Below are positions 27,302 through 32,000 of a DNA stretch of 32,000 nucleotides, one piece after another. A model generated the notes under the pieces. That model was not told where the DNA came from and made no database searches. It saw only the letters and a list, made by a program, of their open reading frames with translations. This stretch comes from Desulfocapsa sulfexigens DSM 10523 (GTDB lineage: Bacteria; Desulfobacterota; Desulfobulbia; Desulfobulbales; Desulfocapsaceae). A program made the translations under genes and the position numbers. Positions within the stretch are counted from its first letter, which is position 1. Every line of letters starts with the position of its first letter. The stretch lies in NCBI RefSeq assembly GCF_000341395.1, contig NC_020304.1, forward strand, positions 3,000,001 through 3,032,000, read 5' to 3'.

Positions 27302-28576
27302 TCAGGTAGAACTGCCAAGAGCGACGATTGGATCTATACGAGAGGCTTTTTGGGCAGGATAGAGACCAAAAAAGAGTCCGATTAGTATTGCTACAACCAG
27401 AGGGACAATAAGGCCGGGTATTGAGAATGTGATTGGCCATTTTGTGAGAGAGCCAATAACAAGAGAAAGAAAGATGCCGCCGACAATTCCCAAAAGCCCG
27501 CCTGTGAAGGTGAGAAGCACCGCTTCACTGAGAAACTGGGCAAGAATATGTTCGGGACTGGCACCTACAGCGCGTCTGAGACCAATCTCTTTTATTCGTT
27601 CGGATATGTTGGCAAGCATGATATTCATGATCCCTATACCTCCGATGATAAGAGAAAGTGCCGCTATTATGCCTAAAACAATATTGAATATATGCTGAAT
27701 TCTTTGCGATTGCGCAAGTAATTCAAGGGGAATGACAAGCTGAAAATCATCTACTCCGTTATGGGCAATCTCCAGGCTGCGGCGAATAAGCATAGCTGCT
27801 GTGGAGATCTGGTCTGTGCTGTGTATTCTCACTATGATTTCACTCAACGGCGGCTTGTCGTACGATGATGTGTTGTTTGTCCTGCTATCTGATTCAATAA
27901 CATCAAGTGGAAAAAAAATTGTGTCATTGAGGTTTTGCATGGTGAACTGTGTTTCGGCGGTGTTTGAGAGATCCTGACGGTTGAGAACACCCACAACCTG
28001 GAAGAGCTGATCTCCAATGCGAAGAGATTGTCCAAGCCGCCCATTTTCACCAAGTCTACTGGCGATCTGCCAGCCAAGGACACATACCTGGTTTCGCTCA
28101 CCTGTATCTGATTCGCTGATAAAACGACCATTATCAAGTTTGATGCCAAGTATACGACCATAACTTGCTGTACATTCAACAAGCTTGGGGCTCAGGTGCT
28201 CGGGGAGTCCGGTTAAATTGAGAGCCCGTTCTCTGGCCGCTGCGGTGTCACTGATAAAAGAATTATTGCTTTGCAGTCGATAACGATCGTCGTCCTGCAG
28301 GCCGGCTGAATGGTGCTCCCTGGCACGTGACCGTTGTTCCGGGGTCAGTTGGTCTGCCCTGATGTATATGTTGTTCACGCCCATTTTTTCAATCTGTCGT
28401 AACGTTTCCTGCTTCGCTCCATCACCGATGGCGATGATAGCCACCACAGCCATGACACCGCAGATAATACCTAGAGTAGAGAGAGTTGAACGGAGCTTAT
28501 GCTGCAGCAGGGAAGAGCAGGCGGTTTTGATGATTATTTTGATGAAATGTTTGTGTTTATTCAAGGTAACCATCAA
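27302..28576 (-). CDS. MacB/FtsX-like ABC transporter permease
   Basis: 424 aa; LRSTLSTLGIICGVMAVVAIIAIGDGAKQETLRQIEKMG...; GGIGIMNIMLANISERIKEIGLRRAVGASPEHILAQFLSEAVLL; GLYPAQKASRIDPIVAL. Confidence 0.95.
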   Translation of the reverse strand: MMVTLNKHKHFIKIIIKTACSSLLQHKLRSTLSTLGIICGVMAVVAIIAIGDGAKQETLRQIEKMGVNNIYIRADQLTPEQRSRAREHHSAGLQDDDRYRLQSNNSFISDTAAARERALNLTGLPEHLSPKLVECTASYGRILGIKLDNGRFISESDTGERNQVCVLGWQIASRLGENGRLGQSLRIGDQLFQVVGVLNRQDLSNTAETQFTMQNLNDTIFFPLDVIESDSRTNNTSSYDKPPLSEIIVRIHSTDQISTAAMLIRRSLEIAHNGVDDFQLVIPLELLAQSQRIQHIFNIVLGIIAALSLIIGGIGIMNIMLANISERIKEIGLRRAVGASPEHILAQFLSEAVLLTFTGGLLGIVGGIFLSLVIGSLTKWPITFSIPGLIVPLVVAILIGLFFGLYPAQKASRIDPIVALGSST

Positions 28577-29243
28577 TCATGTACCGTGTAGACCGGGCAA
28601 GTTTGGCAACATCGCGATCGTGGGTGACCATTATAACGGTGCAGCCCTGTTTATTGATTTCTTGAAATAAGGAGAGGACTTCCAGAGTGCTGGAATGATC
28701 AAGATTACCTGTGGGTTCGTCTGCCAGGATAAGCTCAGGTTGCATGGCAAGAGCACGTGCAATCGTTACTCTTTGCATCTCTCCACCGGAGAGTTCAGCT
28801 GGCTTGTGCATCATGCGCTTGTCCAGACCAACCTGATCGATGGCCCGACGGGCATTTTCACCGGCCTGTTCAGGCGCCATTCCATTGTAAAGGGCGGGAA
28901 GCAGGACATTTTCCATTACTGTCATTGCAGGTAACAGGTGAAAATTCTGAAAAACATGAGCAACAGTGTTTGCCCTGAGCCTTGCAAGTTCCTTCTCTTT
29001 AAGTTGCAGTATGTCTCGATTGTTGAGAAAATAGCTACCACTGCTTGGTCTCAGGAGGCAACCGAGAATGTGAAGAAGGGTAGACTTTCCTGAACCAGAT
29101 GCACCCATAACAGCGATAAACTCACCATGATGAACATCCATGTCAACGCCGTGCAGTACTTCTATCTTTCCGGATCCATGGGGATAGTGGTGACGAAGTT
29201 CTCTTGTGGAAATGAGCATATTCTGTTTATCGTTCCGGCTCAT
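28557..29243 (-). CDS. ABC transporter ATP-binding protein (LolD/MacB-type)
   Basis: 228 aa; Walker [15 protein letters not shown], signature [15 protein letters not shown], Walker [14 protein letters not shown]. Confidence 0.96.
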   Translation of the reverse strand: MSRNDKQNMLISTRELRHHYPHGSGKIEVLHGVDMDVHHGEFIAVMGASGSGKSTLLHILGCLLRPSSGSYFLNNRDILQLKEKELARLRANTVAHVFQNFHLLPAMTVMENVLLPALYNGMAPEQAGENARRAIDQVGLDKRMMHKPAELSGGEMQRVTIARALAMQPELILADEPTGNLDHSSTLEVLSLFQEINKQGCTVIMVTHDRDVAKLARSTRYMIDGYLE

Positions 29244-30679
29244 CAGTTAATGACGGGATGTATCATGGATACGGTTTCTCCCGCCTTGAGTCCATCGGTT
29301 ACCTCTATGAAGTTTTCATTGCTGTATCCGGTATGTATACGGCGTAATACCAGTTTGCTGCCGTTTTTGACATAGCAGTAGTGGCCACTGCTGTCATGGA
29401 ATACAGCTTCCACAGGAAGTGACAGGGCCTGTTGCAGATTGGCAGTCTCAATAATAATACGGGCAGACATGCCTGGTCTGAGTTTTTTCTCTACCCTGTC
29501 AAAGGAGAAGTGAACCTGGAAGTATTTTTCTCCCTCTCTGCGTCCTGGTCGTTTCTTTGCCAATGCACCGATAAAAGAGAGTCTGGCTGGAAAACTGATG
29601 TCGGGATATGCTTCTACGGTGATGGTTGTACTCTGACCAATAGCCACTTTATGGAGATCAATTTCACGAATTGTACTCTTCACAATAAGACTCTCGATGT
29701 CGGGTAGATAGAGAATAGGGCTGTTAATTATAACAGTGTCGCCTTCACGGACAGTTCGCATTTCGCCATTGTAGAAACTTTCATGGTGGATAAGGAGACC
29801 GTCAAAGGGAGCACGTAGTACGGTTTTATCAAGCTCTGATTCTGCCTGTTCCAGAGCAGTTTGTTTTGCCTTCAGCTTTGCCATTACCTGCTGAATAGCA
29901 GCCTGGGCCCTGGCAATTTTGTGGACACCAGCCTGTCGTATTTGCTGATAAGCAAGTTTTGCATTTTCTACCTTGGCCTTGCTACTCTCCGTAAGAGAAG
30001 GCAGCACCAGGTCTCGATAACTTTTATAGCGACGGTCGGCGCTGGCAAATTGTTCAGTAAATGTGTCAATTTTTTCCTGTCCACGACTGATTTCGGCAGG
30101 ATTACTGTATCCATCGTCAGCCAGTAGCTTCAGGTCTCTTACATAGTCCTGGTAGCGTTTGAGTTCAGACTGGGCTTTATCACGTTCGTCCTGATATTGG
30201 GTAAGGGTTATGGGACCTTCACCCTGAACGAGTCTGTCAAATTCAAGACGGGCCACCTTGAGATTGTAGTCTGATGTGGTAACTCGCTGGGCCAACTCGG
30301 TTTTTTCCCACTCGAGTAACTGTTCCGCTGCATTGACACCGGCGCTGAGATCATCGATCTGGGCAGAGAGTTCTGCAATGATTTCTTCAAATTGAGTTGG
30401 ATCAAATCGGACCAGTACATCTCCTTTTTTTACAGGATAGCCATCAGGAGCGAGATAAATAACCTTTGCTCCGGCCCCCTTAATGCTGGATGATACGAAA
30501 TAAGCGTTGACCGCTTCTAAAGTGCCAAGGGTCTTCACTGTAATTTGAAAATCGCGAAGGGTGGCTGTGGTGAAGGAGGAAGGTTTTTCTTGTACCTGTT
30601 CGTCACTGCTCCAAAGGACTTGAGTTAATGTGAAGGCAAAAAAAACCAGAACAGCGGTGAGTAGAAAAAAACGTTTCAT
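29243..30679 (-). CDS. HlyD/MacA-family periplasmic adaptor protein
   Basis: 478 aa; N-terminal TM/signal, long coiled-coil middle, TVLRAPFDGLLI, LRPGMSARIIIETAN, ALSLPVEAVF...GYSNENFIEVTDGLKAGETV. Confidence 0.92.
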   Translation of the reverse strand: MKRFFLLTAVLVFFAFTLTQVLWSSDEQVQEKPSSFTTATLRDFQITVKTLGTLEAVNAYFVSSSIKGAGAKVIYLAPDGYPVKKGDVLVRFDPTQFEEIIAELSAQIDDLSAGVNAAEQLLEWEKTELAQRVTTSDYNLKVARLEFDRLVQGEGPITLTQYQDERDKAQSELKRYQDYVRDLKLLADDGYSNPAEISRGQEKIDTFTEQFASADRRYKSYRDLVLPSLTESSKAKVENAKLAYQQIRQAGVHKIARAQAAIQQVMAKLKAKQTALEQAESELDKTVLRAPFDGLLIHHESFYNGEMRTVREGDTVIINSPILYLPDIESLIVKSTIREIDLHKVAIGQSTTITVEAYPDISFPARLSFIGALAKKRPGRREGEKYFQVHFSFDRVEKKLRPGMSARIIIETANLQQALSLPVEAVFHDSSGHYCYVKNGSKLVLRRIHTGYSNENFIEVTDGLKAGETVSMIHPVIN

Positions 30680-32000
30680 GGTTTTGTCTCAGGAGAATAG
30701 GCAAGCAGGGTACCCATGACAGCACGCAGTCGGTATCCGTTTATGATATAGTTGATCTCGTCGGACATGAGATTTACTCTGGCGCGCTCGACCTGGGTTT
30801 GAGATTCAATGAGGTCGAAATTGTCTGCTTCGTTGTACTGGAATTTAATATGGGCCAGTCGTTGTTTACCAGTTGCCTGGATAAGCTGTTCCCGTCGAAG
30901 TGCTATTCGTTCCTCTGATTTTTCCAGGGAGTTGAGCACCGTTCGGACCTCACGGATAATGTTTTGCTGAGATGACTCGAATTTAAGATTCTCGCGCTTG
31001 ACAGCGAGACGACTCTTTGCCCAGGCGGTTTTTTCTTCTGAACGTGCCAGGTCGGTACTGCTTGTCAGACCAATACTCCAACGGTCCTCATCGAAAAAAA
31101 GAACATCCCCAAAGTCGCTTGAACGGCCCCGCCGAGTGTAAGTACTTACAAGTTTGAGCTCTGGAAGAGTGTTATGCCGGGCGATCTTTTCCCGGCGCAT
31201 TGCCTCAGCGATATCGGCTTTACTCTGGAATGATTCAATCCGTTGTTTAAGAGCTATCTTGACGGCCTGCTCCCTCTTCATCGTGATGAGTGTGTATTCC
31301 TGTGGAGCTTCAACATAAATGGGGCTGTCAAGTGGCAGGGCAACAATATCTTTTAAACGATCAGCGATTTCAGCGACCCGTTCTCTGGCGAGGCTCAAAC
31401 TCTCTTGGATATCTTTTATACGAATTTCTGCACGATAAATATCCATGGATTTCGCAATGCCGGATTTTTCTTTAACAATTGCACTTTTTAAATGGACTTT
31501 AAGATGTTTAAGTTGCTCGGTGTAGAGAGAAACCAGATGTTGTTCCCGGATAAGGGTGTAGACAGTGGTGACTGTATTGAGGATTGTATTTACTTTTTTT
31601 TGATGCAATGTTCGGTCTGAAGAGGCGAGGGCGTATTCGCTGGCATAAACACTGTCCAAGTTGATATCTTTCCCCAGACCACGTATCAGTGGTATTGCAA
31701 GTGAAAAACCAACCCCTGCACCATACTCATCAGTCTCCTTTTCGATACTTGGTTCCAGATTCAGGATGACACCGCTTGTAAACTTTTTAGAGATCAACCC
31801 TCCAACTCTCCAGATGGACTGTTCTTCCTCGGGGTTTGAGGTGTAATTAATACTGGAAAGAGGGTTGACCTTAATGTCAAAAGTGTTCTGGGCTGCTTCC
31901 ATATTGAGGCGACTGTTATCCAGATCCAGAGTGTCACTGATAAGGTTGCGATTGTAGCGGAGGGCTCTTGCGACAGCAGTCTCCAAAGTAAGACGAACAG
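30676..32000 (-). CDS. TolC-like outer membrane efflux protein, N-terminus beyond window
   Basis: Reading frame is open past the track start to the window edge (VRLTLETAVARALRYNRN, typical TolC-family first repeat). Coiled-coil repeats and LRTVLNSLEKSEERIALRREQL...QFKYNEADNFDLIESQTQVERARVNLMSDEINYI. Confidence 0.9.
   Translation of the reverse strand, partial: VRLTLETAVARALRYNRNLISDTLDLDNSRLNMEAAQNTFDIKVNPLSSINYTSNPEEEQSIWRVGGLISKKFTSGVILNLEPSIEKETDEYGAGVGFSLAIPLIRGLGKDINLDSVYASEYALASSDRTLHQKKVNTILNTVTTVYTLIREQHLVSLYTEQLKHLKVHLKSAIVKEKSGIAKSMDIYRAEIRIKDIQESLSLARERVAEIADRLKDIVALPLDSPIYVEAPQEYTLITMKREQAVKIALKQRIESFQSKADIAEAMRREKIARHNTLPELKLVSTYTRRGRSSDFGDVLFFDEDRWSIGLTSSTDLARSEEKTAWAKSRLAVKRENLKFESSQQNIIREVRTVLNSLEKSEERIALRREQLIQATGKQRLAHIKFQYNEADNFDLIESQTQVERARVNLMSDEINYIINGYRLRAVMGTLLAYSPETKP

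Noticed and set aside
1-32000. CRISPR arrays, tRNAs, transposases/integrases, phage tail genes as source of the gp25-like and gp5-like proteins
   Set aside because: No direct-repeat/spacer pattern or mobile-element protein seen, and the gp25/gp5-like genes sit with tssJKLM and clpV, which identifies a T6SS rather than a phage tail or eCIS.

Overview
All well-supported genes lie on the minus strand, so the locus reads from position 32000 down to 1. At the upstream end (about 27.3-32.0 kb) is a MacAB/TolC-type exporter operon: a partial outer-membrane efflux protein, a periplasmic adaptor, an ABC ATPase and a MacB/FtsX-like permease. A 166-bp gap with a plausible promoter follows. Next comes a compact, apparently complete type VI secretion system (T6SS) with core genes in the order tssJ-K-L-M-A-B-C-D(hcp)-E-F-G-H(clpV)-I(vgrG). 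Two accessory genes precede tssJ: a cysteine-rich protein with a Thr-rich acidic tail, and a protein resembling the FHA-associated TagH C-terminal domain without an FHA domain. Downstream of vgrG is an effector-loading-type cassette: DUF2169+pentapeptide protein, stand-alone pentapeptide protein, DUF3540-like protein and DUF4150/PAAR-like protein. The final gene runs off the window at position 1. I translated it by hand because the ORF track lacks it. It encodes FHA domain - transmembrane helix - SLT lytic transglycosylase. The most interesting observations are this FHA-TM-transglycosylase, the apparent separation of the FHA and TagH-C modules to opposite ends of the cluster, the cysteine-rich protein with repeated ETVIM-like motifs, and the double pentapeptide/DUF2169 cassette with no visible toxin. 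I saw no tRNA, rRNA, CRISPR array or mobile element. All family assignments come from motif recognition, not database searches.
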